Below are positions 7,236 to 16,762 of a stretch of 34,427 nucleotides of DNA, in pieces. The DNA is from a virus (taxonomy: Duplodnaviria; Caudoviricetes): the IMG/VR virus record IMGVR_UViG_3300020044_008626, positions 1-34,427 of that record. One strand, 5' to 3'. Each line of letters begins with the position of its first letter. The first letter of the stretch is position 1. Both the position numbers and the translations under genes were made by a program. A model generated the notes under the pieces. That model was not told the origin of the DNA. It did not search any database and saw only the letters and a list, made by a program, of their open reading frames with translations.

Positions 7236-8408
7236 ATGGCTAATGACATCTCTCTCACTGGGCTGACTGAAATCCTTTATCAGGCCCGCGATATGGTCGC
7301 ACGCGAACCCACTGGCTTCTCGCAAGGAGTCATGGTTAACGGCGGCTCTGAAGGCGTTTCCGCAGGCGGAACCGTCACCTCCATGCGCAGCACGGAGCCT
7401 ACACTTGAAACCAGCTACACTCCGGCAATGACGCCGCCCGACGCTGCTGACATCACCACTTCAACCGAGACTCTAACTCTCAGCAATTACGCTGGTGTTA
7501 GCATTCCGCTGAAGGGCGAGCAATTCCTCCAACTGCAAAACACCGTTGGCTCCGAAGAGGCTCTAAAGCAGCTTTACGCGCAAGCCATCCGCAAGATGGT
7601 CAACGCCGTCGAAGTCACCGTTGCAACCGCTGCATACAAGGGCGCTTCCCGCGCTGTTGGCACAGCTGGCACCACGCCCTTCGCGAGCAACTGGCACATC
7701 ATCAACGCCCTGCGACAGATCCTTGAAGACAACGGCACTCCTATGAGTGACGGCATGCTCTCACTGGTCATCAACTCCGCCGCCGGCACTAAGCTGCGTG
7801 ACCTCGCAACGCTGACGACTGTTAATCAGTCCGGCACTTCCGAAACCCTGCGTAATGGCGAACTGCTGAACCTCTCCGGCTTCAGCATTCGCACTTCCGC
7901 TGGCGTGCAAACGCACACGAAGGGCGCTGGCACTTCCTACGTCATCAACAACGGCAACATCACCGCTGGCTCGACTACGATCAGCGTTGACGGAGGCACC
8001 GTGAACACAACCGGCTTTAAGGCTGGCGACATCATCACGATTGCCGACGAACCCGCCGCTGCGAACTACGTCGTGAAGACCGGCCTCACTGCCGTTGCTG
8101 GCGACATCGTGCTTAATCACCCTGGCCTTCGTAGCGCCATTGTTGACGGCAAGGCTGTTACCATCGGCAACAACTACACCGCCAACGTCGGCTATCACAA
8201 GTCGGCTATTGAGCTTGCGATGCGCCCTCCTGCGCAGCCTCCAGGCGGTGACGTTGGCGAAGAAATCGCGGTTCTGGTCGATGAAAAGACCGGCCTCAGC
8301 TTCTCCGCTCGTCTCTACAAGGGCTATGGCATGAACCAGATCAAACTCATGGCCTTCTACGGCGTGAAGGTCTGGAAGCCTGAGTTTGTGGCAACCCTCA
8401 TGGGCTAA
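7236..8408 (+). CDS. Major capsid protein (P22 coat-like)
   Basis: 390 aa after the protease/scaffold gene. C-terminal YGVKVWKPEF. Followed by a strong terminator. Confidence 0.85.
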   Translation: MANDISLTGLTEILYQARDMVAREPTGFSQGVMVNGGSEGVSAGGTVTSMRSTEPTLETSYTPAMTPPDAADITTSTETLTLSNYAGVSIPLKGEQFLQLQNTVGSEEALKQLYAQAIRKMVNAVEVTVATAAYKGASRAVGTAGTTPFASNWHIINALRQILEDNGTPMSDGMLSLVINSAAGTKLRDLATLTTVNQSGTSETLRNGELLNLSGFSIRTSAGVQTHTKGAGTSYVINNGNITAGSTTISVDGGTVNTTGFKAGDIITIADEPAAANYVVKTGLTAVAGDIVLNHPGLRSAIVDGKAVTIGNNYTANVGYHKSAIELAMRPPAQPPGGDVGEEIAVLVDEKTGLSFSARLYKGYGMNQIKLMAFYGVKVWKPEFVATLMG

Positions 8409-8427
8409 GTCACACCGTAACACCAAA

Positions 8428-8460
8428 GCGCCCCGGTGACGACCTCACCGGGGCGTTTTT
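8428..8460 (+). terminator. Intrinsic terminator after the capsid gene
   Basis: GCGCCCCGGTGA/TCACCGGGGCGT stem followed by a T run. Confidence 0.85.
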
Positions 8461-8475
8461 ATAACCTCAAACATC

Positions 8476-8670
8476 ATGGCTAAAAAAGCATCATCCGCAC
8501 CCTCAGAAGAAACAGCGCCATCAAAGCCCTTTTTTGCTGTAGCTCTCGCGCTTCCGCGTGATTTGCCGAACATCATCACCGAGTATGAATACGAAGGCTA
8601 CGAAGTCTTCGCTATCGTCGCAACGCGAGACAGCAACGATCACGCCGCATACTTCCGGCTCAGTAATTGA
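8476..8670 (+). CDS. Small hypothetical protein
   Basis: 64 aa with an AC-rich leader. Confidence 0.65.
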   Translation: MAKKASSAPSEETAPSKPFFAVALALPRDLPNIITEYEYEGYEVFAIVATRDSNDHAAYFRLSN

Positions 8671-8683
8671 CACCGCGCATAGG

Positions 8684-8744
8684 GTGTTGTTCATGTGGCA
8701 TTGCCGCCGCCCGCGTGTCGTGTCGCGGGCGGCGGTTTCTTTTT
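8684..8744 (+). ncRNA. Predicted ~60-nt small RNA (or attenuated leader)
   Basis: ATTGACA at 8666-8672 upstream. 12-bp GC stem 8704-8735 with loop TGTCGTGT, then TTTCTTTTT. Confidence 0.5.
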
Positions 8745-8748
8745 ACGC

Positions 8749-9105
8749 ATGAAAGCTCTACTTACTCAGGCCGCGAAGCATTTTTTGCAGGTTCTAATCT
8801 CCGCCCATCCCGGTCACATCATCATCGGGACACGCACGATCAAATGCGCCGTGTTTACCGAACGAGGAGTAAAATGGGAAGGCGACGGCGGACAGATTCA
8901 ACAGCGTCTAATCAAGGCACAGATTCCATGCTCCGCGCTGCCTGATTCTGAGATCGTAAACGCGACAACGGATGCGACTCGACCCGTGCAATTTACGCAT
9001 CAAGAAACGGGTAAGATTTACCAGTTGAGCACGGACAACGCGCCGCTCAAAGATCCCACCGGCACTTATTGGCACATCACCGGGACGCAAGTCACAAAGA
9101 AATGA
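8749..9105 (+). CDS. Putative head closure/joining protein
   Basis: 118 aa from ATG 8749; assignment by synteny. Confidence 0.55.
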   Translation: MKALLTQAAKHFLQVLISAHPGHIIIGTRTIKCAVFTERGVKWEGDGGQIQQRLIKAQIPCSALPDSEIVNATTDATRPVQFTHQETGKIYQLSTDNAPLKDPTGTYWHITGTQVTKK

Positions 9106-9893
9106 TTTCCGGCAATGTCGAAATTGGCAACCTGTTAAAACGACTCCGCAAGGTGCCGAATGAAGCACCACGCATCATCAAAAAAGCAATCGACACGGAC
9201 GCACGCGGATTTGTGCGGGATATTGTAAACCTCACGCCGCCGTCGCAGGGTAAAGCTAACATTGAAAGCAAAAAGCGAGGCGAAGGGCGAGTTGAGGCGG
9301 ATGTGCGCAAGGCATACGGGACGCCATCGGATATGTGGCGATTGATCCGCGACAAAACAGGCGACAAGGGAATTGCAGATAATTTCTGGGCTTATGTAAA
9401 ACTCAAGCAGTGGTATCGAGCCAACGAAATAGCGCAGCGTATAACCGGATACAGCATCGACGTGTTTGACGGCGGAGCTGAGCATAAGAGACGAAGGAAT
9501 CCGCGAACGGGCCGAGTTATCGGAGGCGAGCAACCAAAGCATAAGCGCGTGTTTTTAGCGCCGGGACAAGAAAAAAACCTGAAGAAATACAGCAAGGCAA
9601 AACAGGCTCTTGTTGGAACGCTTGCGGCGGGATTTGTGCCAGCCGCTCAAGAGTTAGGCGTGAAACTGCCTGTCTGGGTGACTCGCCAAAGAATAACGCC
9701 CGGCACGATCAAAACGAGGCGCAACCAAATAAGCTATAGCATCGAAATTTCCAACACTGCTAGATACGCAAATAAAGCGGATTTGCCTCGGCAAATGCGA
9801 TTCATTTTGCAATCAACAAAGCGCAAAAAGCGCATCGCCAACGTCATCAAATACGAAATCGCCGCCGTGCTCAAAAAGCAGCGTTTGACATGA
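9102..9893 (+). CDS. Putative neck/tail completion protein (HK97 gp10-like position)
   Basis: Basic 263-aa protein, ATGA-coupled; assignment by synteny. Confidence 0.5.
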   Translation: MISGNVEIGNLLKRLRKVPNEAPRIIKKAIDTDARGFVRDIVNLTPPSQGKANIESKKRGEGRVEADVRKAYGTPSDMWRLIRDKTGDKGIADNFWAYVKLKQWYRANEIAQRITGYSIDVFDGGAEHKRRRNPRTGRVIGGEQPKHKRVFLAPGQEKNLKKYSKAKQALVGTLAAGFVPAAQELGVKLPVWVTRQRITPGTIKTRRNQISYSIEISNTARYANKADLPRQMRFILQSTKRKKRIANVIKYEIAAVLKKQRLT

Positions 9894-9906
9894 CGCATAG
9901 GTTACT

Positions 9907-10320
9907 ATGGCTGACCTCTCCATCACCGCCGCTTCTGTTGTTCCTTCCTCCAACGCTCGTCGCATTTCCCGAACTGCCGCGAGTGCAATCACTGCCGGGC
10001 AAGTCCTTTATCAGCTCACCGCTGGCACCGTTGCGCCCGCCGATGCAAACGGCGCTTCGCCGCTGTTTAACGTCATCGGAATTGCCGAAAACGGCGGCGG
10101 CACAGGACAGCGAATCTCTGTCATCACCGAAGATCCCGCCCTCGCCATTGGCGCAACCGTAGCCATCGGCGACGTCTTCATTTTGTCCGCAACCGCCGGC
10201 GGAATCGCTGACGTTACCGATGCTGCCGCTGGACATTATGTGACTGTGCTTGGCGTTGCCGTTTCGACATCGGCCATCAACTTCAAGCCCGTAGCTGCTG
10301 GAGCTGCAATCGCTGCCTAA
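9907..10320 (+). CDS. Putative capsid decoration/cement protein
   Basis: Ala/Gly/Thr-rich beta protein with an A..AITAGQ.LY motif. TTTGACA at 9884-9890 lies 16 nt upstream. Confidence 0.55.
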   Translation: MADLSITAASVVPSSNARRISRTAASAITAGQVLYQLTAGTVAPADANGASPLFNVIGIAENGGGTGQRISVITEDPALAIGATVAIGDVFILSATAGGIADVTDAAAGHYVTVLGVAVSTSAINFKPVAAGAAIAA

Positions 10321-10802
10321 TGCCTTCGACCTTGCCAGCGGCTCACTTTAGCGGCGTGTTCGCGGATTACAGCGTTCACGCCGCTGCCTTGGCTGTTAGC
10401 AATGTCCCGACGGCTGCGCAGGTGCAAAGGCGCACACACGCAAGCGCGGACGCAATCAGGCACCCTCACGTTATGTTTGCCGTGGAGGTTGATCCTGATT
10501 CCAGCCAATCGCTGCTGACTCTCGATTTCAGCCTCAATCTTGTCGTGGATGTTGGAACCGAAACCGGGCAGACCACGCGCACGCAGGCACAAACGTGGCT
10601 TCAAGCCCTCGCATCACTCTTTGACGATGACCGCCGCGCAACGTGGCAATCGTTCATTGAGGCGCAAACTGACGCATACCGCCTCGGATGGGATATTCAG
10701 GCAATCTGGCCGCGCACGTTGACAAGTGAATACAACGAGGAAATGACGCTACTTACACTTACAGCGCCTTTCCAAGTTTCGGCATTCTGGAATAACGCAT
10801 GA
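10320..10802 (+). CDS. Putative tail terminator protein
   Basis: 160 aa immediately before the presumed tail tube gene. Confidence 0.45.
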   Translation: MPSTLPAAHFSGVFADYSVHAAALAVSNVPTAAQVQRRTHASADAIRHPHVMFAVEVDPDSSQSLLTLDFSLNLVVDVGTETGQTTRTQAQTWLQALASLFDDDRRATWQSFIEAQTDAYRLGWDIQAIWPRTLTSEYNEEMTLLTLTAPFQVSAFWNNA

Positions 10803-10825
10803 TTTGACACCCTCACTACTTTGTT

Positions 10826-11236
10826 ATGACCCCTCTATTCACCGCAGGCACTCGCCCATCCTCGCTGCAAAACGAAAGCGGCATCTATCCGACTGATTTT
10901 TCGGTCACTCCCGTTCGCCAGCATGACGACGTGCTAGGCGTTGCAGTTTCCGGCGCAACTCCCGAATGGCTCTACTGCGAAAGCTACGGCCTGATTACTG
11001 ACATCAGCATGACCGGCTTGCCAATCCCGGCATCTGGCGGCGCTTATCAGGGTATCGCAGCTCTTGCCGATGCAGATACGCTGGCGAGCCTTGCGAACCT
11101 AATCGACAACGAAGTTTTCGACCTTGTGCTCTCAGCCGGCACAATCGTTTCCCGCGATCCTGAGTTTCGCAAAGCCCGCTCTGGCAACGGGCGCGAGTTC
11201 ACTTTCAACTTCCGCCACGGCCACAGCCTCGTCTAA
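10826..11236 (+). CDS. Putative major tail tube protein
   Basis: Own TTTGACA (10803-10809, 16 nt upstream) and downstream terminator. Lies upstream of the chaperone and tape measure genes. Confidence 0.5.
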   Translation: MTPLFTAGTRPSSLQNESGIYPTDFSVTPVRQHDDVLGVAVSGATPEWLYCESYGLITDISMTGLPIPASGGAYQGIAALADADTLASLANLIDNEVFDLVLSAGTIVSRDPEFRKARSGNGREFTFNFRHGHSLV

Positions 11237-11275
11237 TCCTCGCCCTACCATCTTCTAACGATCGCCTTACCGCTT

Positions 11276-11312
11276 GCGCGTGGTCGTCATCTTTTCGACC
11301 ACGCGCTTTTTT
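11276..11312 (+). terminator. Intrinsic terminator
   Basis: GCGCGTGGTCG/CGACCACGCGC stem followed by T6. Confidence 0.85.
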
Positions 11313-11317
11313 GCTTC

Positions 11318-12100
11318 ATGAAATCCTGGCAGACGACACGAAACACCTATGAAGCCGCTGCGCTTTGCAGCTTAGATATTGAGCCGCGCCCGGTGACGAT
11401 GGTAGATCACAAATCAGGAGCGAGTTACACGGACTGGAATTTGAAGCCGACATCAACGGACGATCCAACAAGAAACACTTGTCAGTTCATCACGGGCGAA
11501 CTTCGGCGCGATTTCAACAACGGCAAACCGATCAACCAACTCGCTACGACGCCGCTGCATCCGTATCTCATCGCGTTGCGTGCAATGCACAATCGGAGCC
11601 GGTTAATCGAAGCGCAAAAAGGGCAGGCGATGCGACTCAAAGAGGAAGCCCCAGGATCATTTATCCTCGAAAAAGGCAGCGACGGCACAACGCCAACCGG
11701 GCCATACATCGACACCGGAGACATGGACCTAGCGCTTTGCCTCATCGGCATTGGCTGCGATCTTGTCGGCATTGCGAACGCGGGCAATGGCAATGTTTAC
11801 CGCGTCACTCGTTACGCTCGCCGCTCATCTGTTTTGCCGCCTGAAGCGCCAGCAATCGACGGCGGAGAACTAATGAGGGCGCTACGCGACGACCTGCTAT
11901 TTCCCGCGAGACGATGGGAGCATTTCGCGATTCAATCGCACGCGCTGCATTGCCTTCGTGAACTTCGCAGGCATCAACACGCAGATCGTTACATCGCAGT
12001 TAGGCACCGAACATACAAGGTGCGCGGCGCTGCATTCCGCGAAAACTCCACAAGCGAATCACTCGCACACGTTCAAAAAACCCTTGGCATCAAAATCTAA
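11318..12100 (+). CDS. Hypothetical protein in the tail operon
   Basis: 260-aa ORF with a weak internal duplication. Confidence 0.7.
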   Translation: MKSWQTTRNTYEAAALCSLDIEPRPVTMVDHKSGASYTDWNLKPTSTDDPTRNTCQFITGELRRDFNNGKPINQLATTPLHPYLIALRAMHNRSRLIEAQKGQAMRLKEEAPGSFILEKGSDGTTPTGPYIDTGDMDLALCLIGIGCDLVGIANAGNGNVYRVTRYARRSSVLPPEAPAIDGGELMRALRDDLLFPARRWEHFAIQSHALHCLRELRRHQHADRYIAVRHRTYKVRGAAFRENSTSESLAHVQKTLGIKI

Positions 12101-12103
12101 AAC

Positions 12104-12562
12104 ATGGAACTCCCACAAGACGACACACCACAACCGCAGGCCGAATCACTGGTTGATTCTGCGCCACTTATCACAGCCAAACAGCGCGAGGACGATTTCA
12201 ACCGCGTATTCGCATGGCATGGCCGCGAAATCAGTTTCACCATCGCTTCAGAGCTGTATTACCGCGAACTCAGAGCGCATATGAACGCGCCGCCGCTTGC
12301 GTCATACAATACCATGGGAGACTTCGCCGCAGAGGCTCCACGCGTCTTGTATTGCGCACATCAAAGCGCACAATCATTGCGCATTCTCCGGCTACTCTCT
12401 CCAATGCAGCAGCTCGCAGCATACGACGAATGGATCGAAAAAAACATCGGCATCCACGAACTCGATGCCGCCGCGAAAGTGGCGAACGAGATCCAAGAGG
12501 CTATCACACGCGCACGCACACAACCGGCAGACACGGAGGAAATCGACAGCGCGGGAAACTAG
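12104..12562 (+). CDS. Tail assembly chaperone (gpG-like)
   Basis: Ends in the slippery heptamer G GGA AAC followed by TAG; lies upstream of the tape measure gene. Confidence 0.7.
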   Translation: MELPQDDTPQPQAESLVDSAPLITAKQREDDFNRVFAWHGREISFTIASELYYRELRAHMNAPPLASYNTMGDFAAEAPRVLYCAHQSAQSLRILRLLSPMQQLAAYDEWIEKNIGIHELDAAAKVANEIQEAITRARTQPADTEEIDSAGN

Positions 12563-12720
12563 CCTGCCCGTCCGCCACTTGCGACCTCATTGGAGACATT
12601 GCAAGCCTCACCGGATGGGACGAACTCACAATCTATAACCTGCCCTTGCATCGGGCGCTTGCCTATCAACTCAAGAGCACACTGCAACGCGGTATTCTTT
12701 CCGAATGGTATCTGATATGA
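12553..12720 (+). CDS. -1 frameshift extension (gpT-like part of the G-T fusion)
   Basis: GGGAAAC at 12553-12559. The -1 frame is open to 12720 (..IASLTGWDELTIYNLPL..). Confidence 0.7.
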   Translation, partial: GKLACPSATCDLIGDIASLTGWDELTIYNLPLHRALAYQLKSTLQRGILSEWYLI

Positions 12721-12941
12721 ACGAAGCGCCAGACATTCCCAAAGCTATCGAGGCCTTAACCGTTGGCGCATATGGCGCGGCAGTTGTCGCCGCTGGCGTA
12801 TTCTTGGCAATCGCCATTATCTTGATGCCGATCTACGTGATGGTTATAAGCTCGCGCATGAGGCAATTGATGCACATTCAAAAGCAGCAGTTGGCCGAAT
12901 TGAAAAGCTTACGTTTGACAGTGGGCCGTAATCAAACCTGA
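12717..12941 (+). CDS. Small single-pass membrane protein
   Basis: Hydrophobic AVVAAGVFLAIAIILMPIYVMVI; ATGA-coupled. Confidence 0.65.
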   Translation: MNEAPDIPKAIEALTVGAYGAAVVAAGVFLAIAIILMPIYVMVISSRMRQLMHIQKQQLAELKSLRLTVGRNQT

Positions 12942-12950
12942 CAATCTCGA

Positions 12951-14435
12951 ATGAATGACGCTACAGTCCGCTTTGGTTACGATGGAGCCGCGCTAAATGC
13001 GGGATTAAGAGACGCGGAAACGCGCATTAGCCGAAGTGCTGGCAAAATGGAGCAATCGCTCGCCAAAGTCGGCAAGAAAGGCGGCGGCGGATTTCGAGGG
13101 CTTGGAAACGCTTCAATGCAGATTCAAGACATCGCAGTTCAGATGCAGATGGGAACAAAGATGAGCACGATAATGGCTCAGCAGGGTTCTCAGTTGCTTT
13201 CCGCATTTGGGCCGGGCGGGATGATACTCGGAGGGCTTGTCGCAGTTGGTGGCGCTTTTTATACTGCAAAGAAAACAGGCGAAGAAATGTTTCAAGCTTT
13301 GCAAAAGGAAAGCGCAGACTTTGATAGAAACCTGCGTGTTCTTTCGGGTGGCGGCATTACCGAAATGATAAACGGCATGGAGGAAATGCAAAAGCGTGCC
13401 GTTGGACTCCGCAAGGATTTGGCAGATAGCGCCGATCCTAATATGTGGAATAACATAATGAATCCTTTGGAGCGTGCGCTTTCATCTTCTACGTTTGATC
13501 CTAATACTGGCAAGTGGACAAAACAAGTGGACGCCGAAGCTGCAACAAAGTTAGAACTCGCAAAAAAGAATGAGCAAGGCAGGCTGGAATTAATCGACCA
13601 GATCATTACGGCATCAGACGAAGAGTTGGCGATTCTAAAACTCAAAGCGGCCAATCAAGATGAAGCCGCAATGAATCTTGAGCACGAAGTAAAACTGCGC
13701 AGAGAGCTGGCAAAAATTGAAGCAGCGCCAGAAGAAATCCGCGACAGACTGCGTAAAAACGCCGTTGAATCGGCTGCCGCTGAATTGTCGATTGCAAAGG
13801 CAAAAACTAACCAGTCCGCAAGTGAACTGCAAAACAAGCGCGAATTTATAGAGCTTTCACGCGCCGAAGTTGGCATGCTTGAAATGCAGGCCAAAGGGCA
13901 AGACAAGAAGTTGAAGAAAGCGCAAGAGCATGCGTTCATTGCCAAGCGTGCGCAGGAATTTAACAAACAAGGGTTAGACGCAAATGCAAGCATTGCCCTA
14001 GCTGAGCGTGAATGGAGCGCACGCGAAGCTATCGCGAACAAGCAAAGCGGCGGGCGTAGTCACATCGGCGGAGTCGGCAACAAGCGTTATATGAGCACGG
14101 GTGGAATTGATGAATTTAACCGCATGCAGTTAGACCGTGAATACGGCATCAACGAACGCACGCCAGCCGGAATGCGCGGCGGTTATCGCGGAAAGGATGG
14201 GCATTTTTACGGCGGATATGGCCGGGAGTTTGGATCACTTTCAGAGCGCGATGGGATGGGCAGGGGTCGAATGATGGGTCAAACGGATCAAGGCTCTATC
14301 TCATCGCGCTCTGCACGCTCAACAACAAATCCCGACCTTTCCCGCGCCGCAACACCAGCAAGCGGCGGCGATGTCGGGACAAAGCTCGACAAAACAAATA
14401 ACCTCCTAGAACGCGTCTTTTTCGCGGCATCGTAA
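12951..14435 (+). CDS. Tape measure protein
   Basis: QIQDIAVQMQMG..IMAQQGSQL lambda-type N-terminal motif and long helical Ala/Glu/Lys-rich region. Confidence 0.85.
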   Translation: MNDATVRFGYDGAALNAGLRDAETRISRSAGKMEQSLAKVGKKGGGGFRGLGNASMQIQDIAVQMQMGTKMSTIMAQQGSQLLSAFGPGGMILGGLVAVGGAFYTAKKTGEEMFQALQKESADFDRNLRVLSGGGITEMINGMEEMQKRAVGLRKDLADSADPNMWNNIMNPLERALSSSTFDPNTGKWTKQVDAEAATKLELAKKNEQGRLELIDQIITASDEELAILKLKAANQDEAAMNLEHEVKLRRELAKIEAAPEEIRDRLRKNAVESAAAELSIAKAKTNQSASELQNKREFIELSRAEVGMLEMQAKGQDKKLKKAQEHAFIAKRAQEFNKQGLDANASIALAEREWSAREAIANKQSGGRSHIGGVGNKRYMSTGGIDEFNRMQLDREYGINERTPAGMRGGYRGKDGHFYGGYGREFGSLSERDGMGRGRMMGQTDQGSISSRSARSTTNPDLSRAATPASGGDVGTKLDKTNNLLERVFFAAS

Positions 14436-14438
14436 TAT

Positions 14439-15512
14439 ATGTCTAACCCATTTTCAGCAGGCACGCTTCCAGTCTGGCGGCATCCTATTCGCAAACGCCG
14501 GAGCTTGAGCGAAGTTGATTCGCTCATCGGTGACTATAAGTGCGCACGCTCAACAACGCTTGCGCCGGGCGACTTTGTGCCGGGCTTTCCTGGCATGCAA
14601 ATCACGGGCCTAGAAGAGACGGAAACGGCGCTCTCGCATGAATACAGCATCGTGGCAGAAGGCTCGCTAAATGGTCTGTATGAAACGAAAACACTAAACC
14701 GCAGCGAATCGAGGAGCATCAGCGCAAACTTTGAGACGTTCACAGAGCGCAAACTAAGCTGGCACACGGGGCGCAAAGCAATCACTGGCGTTGCATCAAC
14801 TGACGTTATCACAAGCACTGCGCACGGCTTCGCAAACACGCAGAAAGTCGTCCTTGTGGATCTAAGCGGCGGCGCTGGTTTGACCTCGCAAAGCCAGACC
14901 GCTATTGGCGTCGTTTACTATGTGCGGGATGCTGCAACAGATACATTCAAACTGGCTGCAACCAGCGGCGGCAGCGCGATTGATTTCACGACTGACATTG
15001 CATCCGGTTACGTTATCGCTGCCGAGTTTTGCCCCGGCACAGTTCATCCCGACTTTCCGGCAATGTATCTTGTGTCAGTCGGCCTCAGTGACTCAAACAC
15101 GGGATGGCGAATTGCAGATTGCCAGTATGCCGGTCTTCTTTGGAGCAAGCCATATGACTCAATCGTAACGTGTGACGGACAGCAGTTCAGCAGTTCGGAA
15201 CCGATTACGGTCTCAGGTTATTGGGAATCTCCGCTTTACACAAATTTTCACCTTCCCGAAGTCGTTCTCACCGAGCGAGTTGTTACCGCCAGCGCACCTT
15301 CTACGGTAACGATTCCATCCATGTCTATCCCAACAAATGCGCCGTCGATTCAGTCGCTACCGCTATCTGGATCGGATGACCTGTTCATCTGGAATTGGCC
15401 GTATGGCTGGTCACTAATGGCAAGCTCCGAAGTGGAAAGGCTCAACTCGAAGATCAACATGCGAATCGTGCAAAACACTTACCGCTACATTTGGCCGAAG
15501 CTATTCAAATGA
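14439..15512 (+). CDS. Tail tip protein with an inserted beta domain
   Basis: Follows the tape measure gene. Contains the HGF..V..YYV..TFKL module common in virion proteins. Confidence 0.6.
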   Translation: MSNPFSAGTLPVWRHPIRKRRSLSEVDSLIGDYKCARSTTLAPGDFVPGFPGMQITGLEETETALSHEYSIVAEGSLNGLYETKTLNRSESRSISANFETFTERKLSWHTGRKAITGVASTDVITSTAHGFANTQKVVLVDLSGGAGLTSQSQTAIGVVYYVRDAATDTFKLAATSGGSAIDFTTDIASGYVIAAEFCPGTVHPDFPAMYLVSVGLSDSNTGWRIADCQYAGLLWSKPYDSIVTCDGQQFSSSEPITVSGYWESPLYTNFHLPEVVLTERVVTASAPSTVTIPSMSIPTNAPSIQSLPLSGSDDLFIWNWPYGWSLMASSEVERLNSKINMRIVQNTYRYIWPKLFK

Positions 15513-15763
15513 AAATCTCATCCGCTGACATCAAAACGAAAACCGCCGACTTGGCAAAGGCCATCGGCATCAAGGCTGCACAGGTTGAAGCGCGAACAGG
15601 CAAAGAGCGCGGAGGGACTGAGATCCTTTTGCCGCTTGCTGCCGCGAATGAGAAAGAGCTTTGGGCGGCATTTCTTGCAGTGTTTCCGTCCGTGGGCATG
15701 GTTGATCTTCGCAAGGAAGACGACCGGCACATGTTCCGCATTTACGATCTACAAATCGAGTAA
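15509..15763 (+). CDS. Small hypothetical protein
   Basis: 84 aa from ATG 15509 (ATGA overlap). Confidence 0.6.
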   Translation: MKISSADIKTKTADLAKAIGIKAAQVEARTGKERGGTEILLPLAAANEKELWAAFLAVFPSVGMVDLRKEDDRHMFRIYDLQIE

Positions 15764-15766
15764 ACC

Positions 15767-16357
15767 ATGCCGCATTCGCCATCAGCAAATAAAGAAGGCA
15801 AACGGCTAGAACTGCCGGACGATGGATTGCGTTTCGTTAGCAAGCGGAGCTTTAGCCGTTTCCTAGCGATGCTGTCTGCCGCGCTTGGAATCAGCATCAA
15901 GATCGACGGCGCAACAAGCAGCCAATCGCGAGACGGCGAATTGAATTTCAAGCTTTCGCCGGGCGGAGGTTCTAGCGCTGAATACGCATGGACGCCGACA
16001 GCAGCAAGTTCTACGTCCATCAACCTTTCCGCTGGCAGTATCTCCGATGGCGTCACGACACGCACGCCGACGGTGACTGGCATCTCAGTGCATGAAACAG
16101 ACCTGCGCTACATCTACCTTGTCTGCACGCTGAACGTCACCCGCGTCGATGGCTTCGTGACTGGCGGCACCGTTACAGCGGCATCAATTAGCGCCTACTC
16201 TGGAGTTCAGACTAACAGCGACACGACCGGCTACATTTTGCTTTGCACTTGGCAAGCGGGCGCAGTCGTAGATCGTTTCCGCTACTGGTCTATCGAATGC
16301 CAGCTTAACGACAACGGAGGCGGAGGCACCGCTTTCAACACCTGGACCGCTGGCTAA
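15767..16357 (+). CDS. Putative tail tip protein
   Basis: 196 aa, Ser/Thr/Gly-rich; assignment by synteny. Confidence 0.55.
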   Translation: MPHSPSANKEGKRLELPDDGLRFVSKRSFSRFLAMLSAALGISIKIDGATSSQSRDGELNFKLSPGGGSSAEYAWTPTAASSTSINLSAGSISDGVTTRTPTVTGISVHETDLRYIYLVCTLNVTRVDGFVTGGTVTAASISAYSGVQTNSDTTGYILLCTWQAGAVVDRFRYWSIECQLNDNGGGGTAFNTWTAG

Positions 16358-16762
16358 ATGATACCGCCCTACACAGGAGAGCCAATCCCGCCGCGACAGC
16401 GCGACAACGTTTGTTCACTGCTAAGCAATTACGGCAGTTTCGGCATCGTGAAGTCCAGCGGCTATGCAGAAGTCGGAGGCCCTGGCTGGCTTGGCCCCGT
16501 GTCGGGCGAGGTCGAAGTCAGCTATTTCAACGACATCGCCATTCCGTTTACGGTTATCTTTGAAAAGTGGGCTGTATCTGACGATCCCGAAGTGCCGGAC
16601 GAATACATCGAAGACGTGGAGGAGGATATGGGACCTAGCGCCACAACGGTGACTTTTCCCGACCTCAGCAGCTCCGGCAAGTATTACGACAACCCGAAAG
16701 CTCGCCGCCGTTTCTCTCATCTTGGTTATCGACTAGATTGGGGCCTCGATGAGAATAATTGA
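16358..16762 (+). CDS. Hypothetical tail-region protein
   Basis: 134 aa, directly abutting the previous stop codon. Confidence 0.6.
   Translation: MIPPYTGEPIPPRQRDNVCSLLSNYGSFGIVKSSGYAEVGGPGWLGPVSGEVEVSYFNDIAIPFTVIFEKWAVSDDPEVPDEYIEDVEEDMGPSATTVTFPDLSSSGKYYDNPKARRRFSHLGYRLDWGLDENN

Noticed and set aside
10719-10724. TTGACA inside the 10320 gene (and another at 31311)
   Set aside because: Both are preceded by G rather than A/T and lie mid-gene without a plausible product. Treated as background.
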